From assembly GCA_036340075.1 (NCBI GenBank), contig JAYYZJ010000008.1, positions 1 to 64,000 on the forward strand: a stretch of DNA of 64,000 nt, in the 5' to 3' direction. Shown here piece after piece: positions 32,651 through 41,695 of the stretch. Made by a program: the position numbers and the translations under genes. Source of the stretch: Thermodesulfobacteriota bacterium (GTDB lineage Bacteria > Desulfobacterota_D > UBA1144). The stretch's first letter is position 1. Every line of letters starts with the position of its first letter. The notes under the pieces were generated by a model, which did no database searches, was not told the origin of the DNA, and saw only the letters and a program-made list of their open reading frames with translations.

Positions 32651-33953
32651 TAAGAATCACGATGTACTAGGCGTCTACTCATATGTAGACTTATTGTTAG
32701 GTTCGGTAAAAGAATTAAGAAGCAAGGGCTTTGAGAGCATACAAGTTTTTACTCCATGTCCAAATCATGAAGTCGAGGATGCTTTAGATACTGGCAAGGA
32801 GCCTAGCAAGGTTAAATATTTCACTCTATGCGGCGCCATCCTAGGTGCTTTAGTTGGAGCGTCTTTTACTGTCTTGACGTCAATGGATTGGCCAGTTGTT
32901 ACAAGTGCAAAGCCAATTGTTTCCATACCACCTTATATGATAATAATTTTTGAATGTATGATTCTTATAGGTGGATTATCTACTTTTCTAGGGCTGATAA
33001 TTAATTCAAGATTAAGAAAAAATATTTCACCTCATCTTTATGATGAAAGATTTAGCAATGATAAGTTTGGTGTATTAGTAAATTGTTCAGGTGAGAATCT
33101 AGAGGAAGTTCAATCAATCTTGATTAATCATGGTTCAGAAGAAATAAAAATAGATGGACTAATTACTGAAGACCAAGAACAGGAACCGGAAGAAACTCCA
33201 AAAGAAGAACTAACAAAAGTAGAGGTTAAAGAAGAGCCAAAAGCAGCAGCGAAGGAAGAGCCTAAAAAAGAAGATGCACCAACACAACAAGAAGCAAAAA
33301 CAGAAGCACCGGTAAAAGTGGAAGAGGCAAAAGCAGAAGCGAAGGAAGAGCCTAAAAAAGAAGATGCACCAACACAACAAGAAGCAAAAACAGAAGCACC
33401 AAGAGATGATGACGATTGGGCCCACAAGCCAGCAACGAAACAAGGAGGAGAAAAGCAAGCTCCACCAAAAGAAGAGGTTAAAGAAGAGCCAAAAGTAGAA
33501 GCTTCACCAAAAGAAGAACCACCAAAAGTAGAGGTTAAAGAAGAGCCAAAAGCAGAAGCTCCACCAAAAGAAGAGCCTAAAGCAGAAGCTCCACCAAAAG
33601 AAGAAAGAGCGCAAAGACCAGAAGATGATAAAAAGACTAAAATGGCGCGTCTAATGAAAATGGCTCAAAAGTCCAAGGGAGAAAAAGAAGCTAAAGAAGA
33701 GCCAAAAGCAGAAGCTCCACCAAAAGAAGAGGTTAAAGAAGAGCCAAAAGTAGAAGCTTCACCAAAAGAAGAACCACCAAAAGTAGAGGTTAAAGAAGAG
33801 CCAAAAGCAGAAGCTCCACCAAAAGAAGAGGTTAAAGAAGAGCCAAAAGCAGAAGCTCCACCAAAAGTAGAAACTACTTCACGGCAAGAGGGTACCAGAC
33901 CTGACCTTGATGACTGGGAACACAAGCCAGCAAAAGGAGATAAAGATAAATAA
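32643..33953 (+). CDS. actD: Alternative complex III subunit ActD (DUF3341) with a long Pro/Glu/Lys/Ala repeat tail
   Basis: ATG at 32643 after a GGAGG RBS, overlapping the actC stop. Residues 1-~171 are DUF3341-like (FTPCP, two TM helices, IIFECMIL, YDERFSNDKFG); about 265 further residues are low complexity. Confidence 0.85.
   Translation: MSDKNHDVLGVYSYVDLLLGSVKELRSKGFESIQVFTPCPNHEVEDALDTGKEPSKVKYFTLCGAILGALVGASFTVLTSMDWPVVTSAKPIVSIPPYMIIIFECMILIGGLSTFLGLIINSRLRKNISPHLYDERFSNDKFGVLVNCSGENLEEVQSILINHGSEEIKIDGLITEDQEQEPEETPKEELTKVEVKEEPKAAAKEEPKKEDAPTQQEAKTEAPVKVEEAKAEAKEEPKKEDAPTQQEAKTEAPRDDDDWAHKPATKQGGEKQAPPKEEVKEEPKVEASPKEEPPKVEVKEEPKAEAPPKEEPKAEAPPKEERAQRPEDDKKTKMARLMKMAQKSKGEKEAKEEPKAEAPPKEEVKEEPKVEASPKEEPPKVEVKEEPKAEAPPKEEVKEEPKAEAPPKVETTSRQEGTRPDLDDWEHKPAKGDKDK
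33248..33400 (+). repeat. Exact 63-bp direct repeat, 90-bp period, in the actD tail
   Basis: 33248-33310 is identical to 33338-33400 (encodes AKEEPKKEDAPTQQEAKTEAP). Confidence 0.92.
33457..33830 (+). repeat. Exact 119-bp direct repeat (255-bp offset) plus shorter KEEPKAEAPP units in the actD tail
   Basis: 33457-33575 is identical to 33712-33830 (APPKEEVKEEPKVEASPKEEPPKVEVKEEPKAEAPPKEE). Confidence 0.92.
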
Positions 33954-34465
33954 TGAATAAATATTCTTTTTTTCTAGTTTTGATTTCTATTTTTCTATTA
34001 GGAACATTATCTTCCATTGCTCTTCCTTGGTCTACAGATATGTGGGATCATCCTAGCATTAAACCCTATGAAGAAGCGCGTGATTATCCTGAGAACTCAG
34101 TTTTTTCTGATAATTTTCCAAGAGAGCTTTCCAGAGATAAATACGAAGCAATTGAAAAAGGACCTAATAGGGGAGAAGAATCTTTAGTAAAAGGAAAAGT
34201 CCTTTATGAAACTTATTGTTATTCATGCCATGGAATGGAAGGGAAAGGAGATGGTCCTGTAATTGCCAATGATTTAAGACCAAAGAAATATTTTTATCCT
34301 GTAAATTTAAATCAACAACAAACAAAAAATCGAACAGATGGATACATATACGCATATATAAGATATGGGGGAAAAGTTATGATGCCTGCCTATGGAAGAA
34401 TTACTCCTAGTGAGGCATGGGATGTAGTTTATTATGTAAGATATCTGCAAGGCAAGGTGAAATAA
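33953..34465 (+). CDS. actE: Alternative complex III monoheme cytochrome c ActE
   Basis: DMWDHPSIKPYE, CYSCHG..GKGDG, DGYIYAYI, MMPAYG, WDVVYYVRYLQ. Confidence 0.85.
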   Translation: MNKYSFFLVLISIFLLGTLSSIALPWSTDMWDHPSIKPYEEARDYPENSVFSDNFPRELSRDKYEAIEKGPNRGEESLVKGKVLYETYCYSCHGMEGKGDGPVIANDLRPKKYFYPVNLNQQQTKNRTDGYIYAYIRYGGKVMMPAYGRITPSEAWDVVYYVRYLQGKVK

Positions 34466-34474
34466 GGAGATACA

Positions 34475-35701
34475 ATGAGTTCGGATATATCTAAAACATT
34501 AGATCAGAAAGTAGTTTTCCCAAAAGTTGTTGAATATTCACTTTTAGGGGGGTTTCTCTTAGGTGTAATAACTTTTATTTCTTCCTTAGCTCTTGGACAT
34601 CAAGATGCAGCTTGGTCAGCATTTCATCTTAATTTTGTTTTTTGGGCCGGCATTACTCACGGTGGAGTAATTTTTGCCTGTGCAATGAGAATTACTAGTT
34701 CAAGTTGGGGAAGGTCTCTCATGAGAATTAGCGAATCTTTCGCTGCCTTCTTGCCATTTGTTTTCATATTTCTACTTATTTTATTTTTAGGAAGAGAATA
34801 CACAATGCCATACACAGTTTTAGAATATAAACAAAAATGGCTTAGTACTCCTTTGGTTTTTTTTAGAAGTATCATTTCTATAGGATTGTTACACATCTTA
34901 ATATATTTATATTTATATAATTCAATCAAGCAGGATTGTGTTGGGACAAAAAGATTTACTGGCTTTTTTGCATTTCTTTCTTCTGACGACGAAAAAGAAA
35001 AGGATTATGATTCAAATCTCTATAAGCTTTCTGTAGCATTGGCTTTTATATATGCATTATCTATGAGTTTCTTATCATGGGACTTTGTTATGTCCTTACA
35101 TCCTCACTTTTATAGCACACTTTTTGGTGTTTACTATTTTGTTGCTTCTCTCTTAGGAGCTTTAGGTTTATTAATCATCTTATCTTCAATACTAACTAAT
35201 CGTTTTAATCTAGATAAAATAATTACCGAACATCAGTTTTATGATGCTGCCAAAATAATGTTCGGACTGTCAGTTTTTTGGCTGTACACTTTTTATTCTC
35301 AATTCCTTCCAATTTGGTATGCGAATATGCCAGAAGAAACTGGTTTTATTGGAATGAGAGTATTTGAACAACCATGGAAGTCTTTGTCTTGGGTAACAGT
35401 AACAGCCGTATTTGTTATACCATTTGTTACACTTATTCCTAGAACAACAAAAATAGTAAAACCTGCATTAGCAACAATTGCAGCGATTTCTTTTCTCGGA
35501 CTATTTCTTGAGAAAATCGTCCTTATTTATCCTTCAATTACTCACAATCATTTTCATTTTGGAATAGAAAGCATATTGATTTCGTTAGGCTTTCTGTCAT
35601 TGTTTTTATTATGTGTAGTAAGGTTTCTAAGATATTTTCCAATATTTGTTTCAAAGGACCAGTATCTTATTAAAAAACTATCCAAAGGAGATAATCATTA
35701 A
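34475..35701 (+). CDS. actF: Alternative complex III membrane subunit ActF
   Basis: About 10 TM helices, WDFVMSLHPHFYSTLFG, YSQFLPIWYANMPEET. Confidence 0.9.
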   Translation: MSSDISKTLDQKVVFPKVVEYSLLGGFLLGVITFISSLALGHQDAAWSAFHLNFVFWAGITHGGVIFACAMRITSSSWGRSLMRISESFAAFLPFVFIFLLILFLGREYTMPYTVLEYKQKWLSTPLVFFRSIISIGLLHILIYLYLYNSIKQDCVGTKRFTGFFAFLSSDDEKEKDYDSNLYKLSVALAFIYALSMSFLSWDFVMSLHPHFYSTLFGVYYFVASLLGALGLLIILSSILTNRFNLDKIITEHQFYDAAKIMFGLSVFWLYTFYSQFLPIWYANMPEETGFIGMRVFEQPWKSLSWVTVTAVFVIPFVTLIPRTTKIVKPALATIAAISFLGLFLEKIVLIYPSITHNHFHFGIESILISLGFLSLFLLCVVRFLRYFPIFVSKDQYLIKKLSKGDNH

Positions 35702-35850
35702 TGGATTCACGTAGTGATAAATTAGGAAGAGCAGGAGCAATTGGATTAGCTATGGCTGTCTTTGGTTTTATTTCTCTTCTAGTGATTATATCTATGCTTG
35801 GGCCTTTTATTCCAAAAATTATAAGAATTCTAGGTGGTATAGTAAACTAG
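35701..35850 (+). CDS. 49-aa single-pass membrane protein, candidate extra ACIII subunit
   Basis: Below the ORF-track cutoff. TAATG overlap with the actF stop, AAGGAG RBS at 35685-90; MDSRSDKLGRAGAIGLAMAVFGFISLLVIISMLGPFIPKIIRILGGIVN; fills the gap to purM. Confidence 0.75.
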   Translation: MDSRSDKLGRAGAIGLAMAVFGFISLLVIISMLGPFIPKIIRILGGIVN

Positions 35851-35857
35851 TTCTTAT

Positions 35858-36865
35858 ATGAAGAAAAAAACAACTTATCAAAATTCTGGAGTTAGTGTTA
35901 ACACAGGAGATAAATTCGTTAAAAGCATTCAGCCTTATGTAAAGAAGACTCTAACCAAGGAGGTTGTTGGTTCCACTACATCATTTGCGGCTCTTTATTC
36001 AATTGAAGCAAAACAAAAGAAAATAAAAAAACCTATATTGGTTGCTTGTACTGATGGAGTTGGAACAAAAATTGATCTTGGCATAAGAACTCGTAAGGTT
36101 AAAGGACTCGGTATAGATTTGGTTGCGATGTGCGTAAACGATTTAATTTGTTCTGGTGCTACACCTTTATTTTTTCTTGACTATTTGTCTACTTCTAAAT
36201 TAGAAATAAAGTACCATTCAGAAGTCATCAAAGGTGTTGCGGAAGGATGTATTAAATCTGGTTGTTCATTGATAGGGGGCGAAACTGCAGAGATGCCAGG
36301 CATGTACAAATCAAAAGATTTCGATTTAGCGGGATTCGCATTAGGAATAGTTGATAGAAATTATTTAATAGATTCAAAGAAAGTAAAAAAAGGTGATTTA
36401 TTAATTGGAATTCAATCTAATGGGATTCATTCAAATGGATATTCATTAATTCGAAAGCTCTTTTTTGGAAGAAAAAGTAAATTTTTAAATAACAAGAAAC
36501 TAACAAACACCTTAATGAAGCCAACAAGAATTTATGTTGATTTGATTGATAAAATAAAAAATAAAATTCAGATTAAGGGAATAGCTCATATAACAGGAGG
36601 AGGACTTTTGGGAAATATTCCAAGAATCATTCCGAAAAACTTAGATTATGATTTATATCCAGATTCCTGGAAGATACCAGAAATTTTTAATTTTATAAGT
36701 CATCATGCCAGACTCAATAATCAAGAAATGCTAAGTGTATATAATATGGGTATTGGCATGGTTCTTTGTATAAACGAAAATGATTTACAAAAATTAGACA
36801 AAGCATTTAAAGCCGCAAAAGAAAAGTATTATATAATTGGAAGAGTAATAACAAAAAGAAAATAA
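35858..36865 (+). CDS. purM: Phosphoribosylformylglycinamidine cyclo-ligase
   Basis: TDGVGTK, GIDLVAMCVND, GGETAEMPG, GIHSNGYSL, AHITGGG. Confidence 0.97.
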   Translation: MKKKTTYQNSGVSVNTGDKFVKSIQPYVKKTLTKEVVGSTTSFAALYSIEAKQKKIKKPILVACTDGVGTKIDLGIRTRKVKGLGIDLVAMCVNDLICSGATPLFFLDYLSTSKLEIKYHSEVIKGVAEGCIKSGCSLIGGETAEMPGMYKSKDFDLAGFALGIVDRNYLIDSKKVKKGDLLIGIQSNGIHSNGYSLIRKLFFGRKSKFLNNKKLTNTLMKPTRIYVDLIDKIKNKIQIKGIAHITGGGLLGNIPRIIPKNLDYDLYPDSWKIPEIFNFISHHARLNNQEMLSVYNMGIGMVLCINENDLQKLDKAFKAAKEKYYIIGRVITKRK

Positions 36866-36866
36866 T

Positions 36867-37661
36867 TTAAAAATCCCATGCTCCAGGAGCATAGTAAAAA
36901 GCAACTCTTATATTCAATTTCTGCAAGTTCCCCCATGATTTAGGGAATGGAGGGTAGGGTGCTGCTTTTATGATAGATGATTTTGATTCGTTATCTAATC
37001 TTTTAAATCCAGAAGATTGTAAAATCTTAACATCAATTAATTTTCCATCACGACTGATTGACATTTTCACCAGGACTTTTCCAACCTCTCCTCTATTTTT
37101 AGACTCAGGAGGATATTCCCATACCATCTCAATCTTTCTTTTGATTTTCAACATATAGGAGATATATTTAAACTCCTTAGTGTTAAGATCAACTGTGGCT
37201 TCTGTTTTAGCATTAGCAGAAGACATATCTGGTTTGAATATGCTTGCTTGATTTTTTATGGAATCACGATTCTTATCTTTCAAATCTTTCTGTTTCTTAT
37301 TCTTCTTCTCAGTTTTTTTCAAGTCACCTGATTTATCTTCTTCTTCAAGGTCCTCCTTCTCTCTTTTTTTTGAGAATTTACTTTCAACACTCTTCTTTGA
37401 TGGAGGACTATAGTTATTTTTTTTGTTCTTTAATGCTTTTTCTTTTTCCGCTTTATTGGTATTCTTTGCAAATCTTTCTGCTTCATTATCTATATCATTA
37501 TATTCTTGTTGAATTTCTGTAATTTCTATATATTTAATTGGCTTCTTATATATAAAATGGAAATCACTAAGAATTATGGCAAAAACAAATATTAACAGAT
37601 GTATAAGTATTGATGATAATAAAAAATAATCTTTCTTAATTTTTTTAATTATTTTGTCCAC
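36867..37661 (-). CDS. TonB family energy transducer
   Basis: N-terminal TM helix with SxxxH (SILIH), charged linker, TonB_C domain (WEYP..G..V...SSGFKRLD..AAPYPPFP). Confidence 0.85.
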   Translation of the reverse strand: MDKIIKKIKKDYFLLSSILIHLLIFVFAIILSDFHFIYKKPIKYIEITEIQQEYNDIDNEAERFAKNTNKAEKEKALKNKKNNYSPPSKKSVESKFSKKREKEDLEEEDKSGDLKKTEKKNKKQKDLKDKNRDSIKNQASIFKPDMSSANAKTEATVDLNTKEFKYISYMLKIKRKIEMVWEYPPESKNRGEVGKVLVKMSISRDGKLIDVKILQSSGFKRLDNESKSSIIKAAPYPPFPKSWGNLQKLNIRVAFYYAPGAWDF

Positions 37662-37703
37662 ACTATGAATTTTAATTTATTTTTTCGAATGTATCATTAG
37701 TAA

Positions 37704-37958
37704 ATGACAAAAAAAAATAGTTTTACCTATTTTATGCTTAGTTTCTTGGGTTTTTTCCTGCTATCAGAGAGTTACATGTATGCACTAAAATCACCAAGAG
37801 AACGCTGGAATTATAATAAGAGTGAAGATATGATTGAACATCATCAAAGAAAAGTTAAAATAAACGAAAAAGTAATAAAATCAATTAACAATTCAGAATT
37901 TGGACAAAATGAAAAGAACATGAGAAAAAGAAAAGGTTCACCAAGGGAACGATGGTAA
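37704..37958 (+). CDS. Small secreted-type protein with a duplicated SPRERW motif
   Basis: Signal-peptide-like N-terminus; SPRERW at residues 30-35 and again as the last six residues. Confidence 0.65.
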   Translation: MTKKNSFTYFMLSFLGFFLLSESYMYALKSPRERWNYNKSEDMIEHHQRKVKINEKVIKSINNSEFGQNEKNMRKRKGSPRERW

Positions 37959-37970
37959 GAGAGAGTAGAG

Positions 37971-38636
37971 ATGAAATTTAGTAAAAGAATTCCTATATTT
38001 ATTATTTTCCTATTATTGATTGGTTGTTCTTCTACCAGGGATCTCTGGGAAAAAAGACCGGATTGGATGATGCCAGATAAAAACAAGGCGGAGCTTAAGA
38101 CTGATAGAAATTTAATTACGGGTTTTAATCTTGCTAGTTCTATTGGCGAAACAAAAAGAACAATTAAAGAGCGAGGTTTCGATTACAGAAAAGAGCGAAT
38201 AGAGAAAAGAACCAAAATCGAATCTTATAAGTTTGATGGCACCCTTTTTGATACAAAAAATCTTTTTACATATAAGAATTCACTTTCAACTGTAGATTTT
38301 TTCAAGGGCACCGTTCTATCTTCAAGGGTTTCGATAGAGGCAACTAATGATGAAAATTTAGAGGAAATTGTGAATGCTGTTTATCAAATTTTAATTGATT
38401 TTTATTCTAATCCAATATCAGAGACTTCAATATATTCCTTTCAGACTTATAAGTGGGACTTTGAAGATTTAGAAGTCTTTTTATCTATAGATAGGGAAAA
38501 GAGATCTGTTTTAATTTCCGAAGTTAATTCTAAAGTCGAAGAATCACGAAGTTTCCAAGAGTTTAAGGATGAATTTATTGAAGAGTATCAAACTTACGAA
38601 GAAGAAGTTAGATATGGAAAGAAAAAAGAACGCTAA
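37971..38636 (+). CDS. Hypothetical lipoprotein
   Basis: MKFSKR + hydrophobic stretch + LIGC lipobox. Confidence 0.7.
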   Translation: MKFSKRIPIFIIFLLLIGCSSTRDLWEKRPDWMMPDKNKAELKTDRNLITGFNLASSIGETKRTIKERGFDYRKERIEKRTKIESYKFDGTLFDTKNLFTYKNSLSTVDFFKGTVLSSRVSIEATNDENLEEIVNAVYQILIDFYSNPISETSIYSFQTYKWDFEDLEVFLSIDREKRSVLISEVNSKVEESRSFQEFKDEFIEEYQTYEEEVRYGKKKER

Positions 38637-40594
38637 TTTGCTTTTTCTACAATTTCAGCAAAATCTACCATTATTTCATTAAGGGAATAATCTTTAGGAG
38701 TATAAATAGCTTTTACGCCAAAACCTTTAAGCACTTTATGATCTTCGTTAGGTATAATTCCGCCAACGATTAAAGGTGTTGACTGAAAACCTTTCTCTTC
38801 TAACATTTTTATTATTCTTGGAACTATAGTTAGATGAGAGCCAGACAATATACTAAGCCCTATTAAATCAACGTTTTCTTGTTCAACGGTACTTACAATT
38901 TCTTGAGGAGTTAACCTGATTCCATGATAGATTACCTCCATTCCAACATCTCTTGCACGAACCGCAATTTGTTCTGCACCGTTTGAATGACCATCTAAAC
39001 CTGGTTTCCCAACTAGTATTTTCAGCGGTCTACCAAGTTTTTCATTAACTTGACTTATTTTCTTACGCGCAATCTCTGTAGAGTCATCTTCTATATTTGC
39101 GGAAATTGATGTACCAGTAGGAGGTCTATATTCGCCAAGTACCTCTCTTAAAGTGTTAGCCCATTCTCCTGTAGTAACACCACTAGATGCACACTCAATA
39201 GATATCCCCATAATGTTTTCTTTGTCTTCTATGGCTTTTTGTAATTTTTTTAAATTATTATTTATAATTTCTTGGTTTCTATTTTTTTTGAAAAGTTTTA
39301 ACGAATCAATTTTTTTCCTAGCAGTATCTTCATTGACTTTTTGTATAGATTCATCCATTTGGAGCGGAGATTCTTCAGTTTCTTCGAAACAATTTACACC
39401 AACAATTTGTTTTTCTTTTGTTTCTATCTCATGGGACCTTTTAGAAAGTGATGATACTAATGATTCCTTCATATAACCATTTTCTAGGGCGACGGTTGCG
39501 CCTCCCATCTTTTCAATTTTATCAATTTCTTTATAAGCATCAGCTTTTAGCTCCTTAACTTTGCTTTCTATTACCGGTGAACCCTCAAATATATCAGAAT
39601 ACTCTAAAAGGTCTGTCTCATAAGCTAAAATTTGCTGAAACCTTAGAGACCACTGTTGATCCCACGGTTTTGGAAGACCTAGTGCTTCATTCCACCCAGG
39701 AAGCTGTATTGCTCGTGCCCTAGCATTTTTACTTAAAGTCACAGCCAACATCTCTATAATAATTCTCGCTACATTGTTTTCTGGTTGTTGAGCAGTTAAT
39801 CCTAGTGAGTTTACTTGTACTCCATATCTGAATCTTCTATTTTTAGGGTCTTCAACTTTATACTTTTTAAGGCAAATTTCATCCCACATTTCTGTAAAAG
39901 CTCTCATCTTGCATAACTCTTCAACGAATCTAATTCCAGCATTTACAAAAAAAGATATCCTACCAACAACATTAGGAAATTCTTTTTCAGGAATTTCTCC
40001 AGAGTCCTTAACTGCATCAAGTATGCAAATCGCATTAGAAAGTGAAAAAGCTATTTCTTGGACAGGAGTAGCTCCTGCTTCTTGCAAATGATAGCTGCAT
40101 ATATTTGTTGGATTCCACTTGGGTATGTTTTTGTAGCAAAAGACTATCATGTCAGAGATTAATTTTATTGATTCTTTAGGGGGAAAGATATAGGTCCCTC
40201 TTGATAAATATTCTTTCATTATGTCGTTTTGCGTTGTCCCTTGTAGATTTTTTAAATCTACTTTGTTTTCCTTAGCACTTGCACAATACAAAGCTAATAA
40301 CCATGCAGCAGTTGCATTTATCGTCATAGACGTGTTCATTTTGTCTAGAGGTATTCCATCAAAAAGAGTTAACATATCTTCCATGTTAGAAATAGGTACG
40401 CCTACTTTTCCTACTTCTCCTTCTGATAATATATGGTCTGAGTCATAGCCAGTTTGAGTAGGAAGATCAAAAGCAATACTTAAACCAGTTTGTCCTTTTG
40501 ATAAATTAGTTTTAAAAAGTTTATTTGATTCCTTGGCAGTACTATGTCCAGCATAGGTTCTCATTATCCATGATCTATCTTTACTTGAACTCAT
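38633..40594 (-). CDS. ecm: Ethylmalonyl-CoA mutase (MeaA/Ecm), B12-dependent
   Basis: WIMRTYAGHS, GQTGLSIAFDLPTQTGYD, NICSYHLQEAGATP, RFRYGVQVNSLGLT, B12-binding KPGLDGHSNGA. The YAGHS and GHSNG variants are characteristic of Ecm rather than methylmalonyl-CoA mutase. Confidence 0.9.
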   Translation of the reverse strand: MSSSKDRSWIMRTYAGHSTAKESNKLFKTNLSKGQTGLSIAFDLPTQTGYDSDHILSEGEVGKVGVPISNMEDMLTLFDGIPLDKMNTSMTINATAAWLLALYCASAKENKVDLKNLQGTTQNDIMKEYLSRGTYIFPPKESIKLISDMIVFCYKNIPKWNPTNICSYHLQEAGATPVQEIAFSLSNAICILDAVKDSGEIPEKEFPNVVGRISFFVNAGIRFVEELCKMRAFTEMWDEICLKKYKVEDPKNRRFRYGVQVNSLGLTAQQPENNVARIIIEMLAVTLSKNARARAIQLPGWNEALGLPKPWDQQWSLRFQQILAYETDLLEYSDIFEGSPVIESKVKELKADAYKEIDKIEKMGGATVALENGYMKESLVSSLSKRSHEIETKEKQIVGVNCFEETEESPLQMDESIQKVNEDTARKKIDSLKLFKKNRNQEIINNNLKKLQKAIEDKENIMGISIECASSGVTTGEWANTLREVLGEYRPPTGTSISANIEDDSTEIARKKISQVNEKLGRPLKILVGKPGLDGHSNGAEQIAVRARDVGMEVIYHGIRLTPQEIVSTVEQENVDLIGLSILSGSHLTIVPRIIKMLEEKGFQSTPLIVGGIIPNEDHKVLKGFGVKAIYTPKDYSLNEIMVDFAEIVEKAN

Positions 40595-40639
40595 AACGTA
40601 ATTTTACCTGTTTTTGCTGATAATCTGACTATGTATAGT

Positions 40640-41674
40640 TTAATCGGTTGAGCTTAATATGTCATAGCCAGTTATAGACTTACTTTTTTCGGCCATTGAG
40701 TCGAGATATTCTTTGTCAACCAATCCAGCAAGATGCGCTTTTGATACTCTCATAAGTGCTATTTTTGCAGTAGCCTCATCAATCATTTCGCCGGTTTCAG
40801 GATTGAACATTGATCCTCCACCCATTTCATGATAGAACTCTAATTGCTGCTTTGCTTCTTTAATTTGTTGTTCATTCGGAGTAAATGCATCATTTGAAAT
40901 GATAGCTTGTTGAGGATGAATCACCCAAGTTCCATCCATACCTATTAAAGCCGAGCCTTGTACTTTTTTTCTTAAACCATCTTCAACTTTTTTAACTTGT
41001 TCAGGAGTATCATCTTTTCTCCAAAGACCTAGATAAACATTATCAATAGCATGAAGACCAGCGGCTTTGGCAGCAGTAATCACAGCTTTCTTTTCATAAT
41101 AGAATACTTCATTCTGACCATCTAAACATGCGCTAGGATCTACACCAAGTTCTGCAGTATAATCAGCAATACCAAAAATTAATCCAGCCATCCTAGGGGA
41201 GGCTTTTGCCATTTCAAAAGCATATTCTAAAGCCCTAGGTCTTTCTATTAAAGCTTCAATTGCTAATTTAGTTTTCCATCCATTTTTAGCTTCTAGTTCA
41301 TCAAGTGTATCCGAAACCAGTTTTACATCTTCTGGTCCATTACATTTAGGAATTATGATTCCATGAAACTTATCAACTGCACCACTCAAAACTGCTTCCA
41401 TGTCTCCTCTAAAGAATTCTGACCTTAGATTATTTGGCCTTACAGTTATAACTTTCTTTCCAAAATCTAAAGTATTAAGAGCTTCCACCATTGTCGCTCT
41501 ACTTTTATCACCTTTGAATTCATAAGGACATGCATCTTCTAAATCAGCCATTACGTGGTCTACAGGAGTTTTTTCTGGACTCGCGGCATTTGTATGTAGC
41601 TTCATATTATGACCAGGATATGTTAGCTCAGTTCTTGGTACTACTATTCGTGTTCCTTCATCTAATATAAACAA
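40640..41674 (-). CDS. CitE/HpcH-family CoA-ester lyase, probable malyl-CoA/beta-methylmalyl-CoA lyase
   Basis: DLEDACP, VRPN, IIIPK, ALIE, FGIADY, AIDNVY, VIHPQQ, GEMIDEA; TTG start after AGGAGG; lies between mcd and ecm. Confidence 0.75.
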   Translation of the reverse strand: MFILDEGTRIVVPRTELTYPGHNMKLHTNAASPEKTPVDHVMADLEDACPYEFKGDKSRATMVEALNTLDFGKKVITVRPNNLRSEFFRGDMEAVLSGAVDKFHGIIIPKCNGPEDVKLVSDTLDELEAKNGWKTKLAIEALIERPRALEYAFEMAKASPRMAGLIFGIADYTAELGVDPSACLDGQNEVFYYEKKAVITAAKAAGLHAIDNVYLGLWRKDDTPEQVKKVEDGLRKKVQGSALIGMDGTWVIHPQQAIISNDAFTPNEQQIKEAKQQLEFYHEMGGGSMFNPETGEMIDEATAKIALMRVSKAHLAGLVDKEYLDSMAEKSKSITGYDILSSTD

Positions 41675-41695
41675 TTTAATTCCTCCTAAAGAAAT

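Noticed and set aside
33220..33870. Repeat array as a possible CRISPR or non-coding repeat
   Set aside because: No constant repeat with unique spacers and no cas genes; the repeats are in frame within actD.
33128..33925. Minus-strand Ser/Phe-rich and Cys/Phe-rich ORFs (33128-33427, 33210-33458, 33665-33925)
   Set aside because: Antisense shadows of the purine-rich actD repeat.
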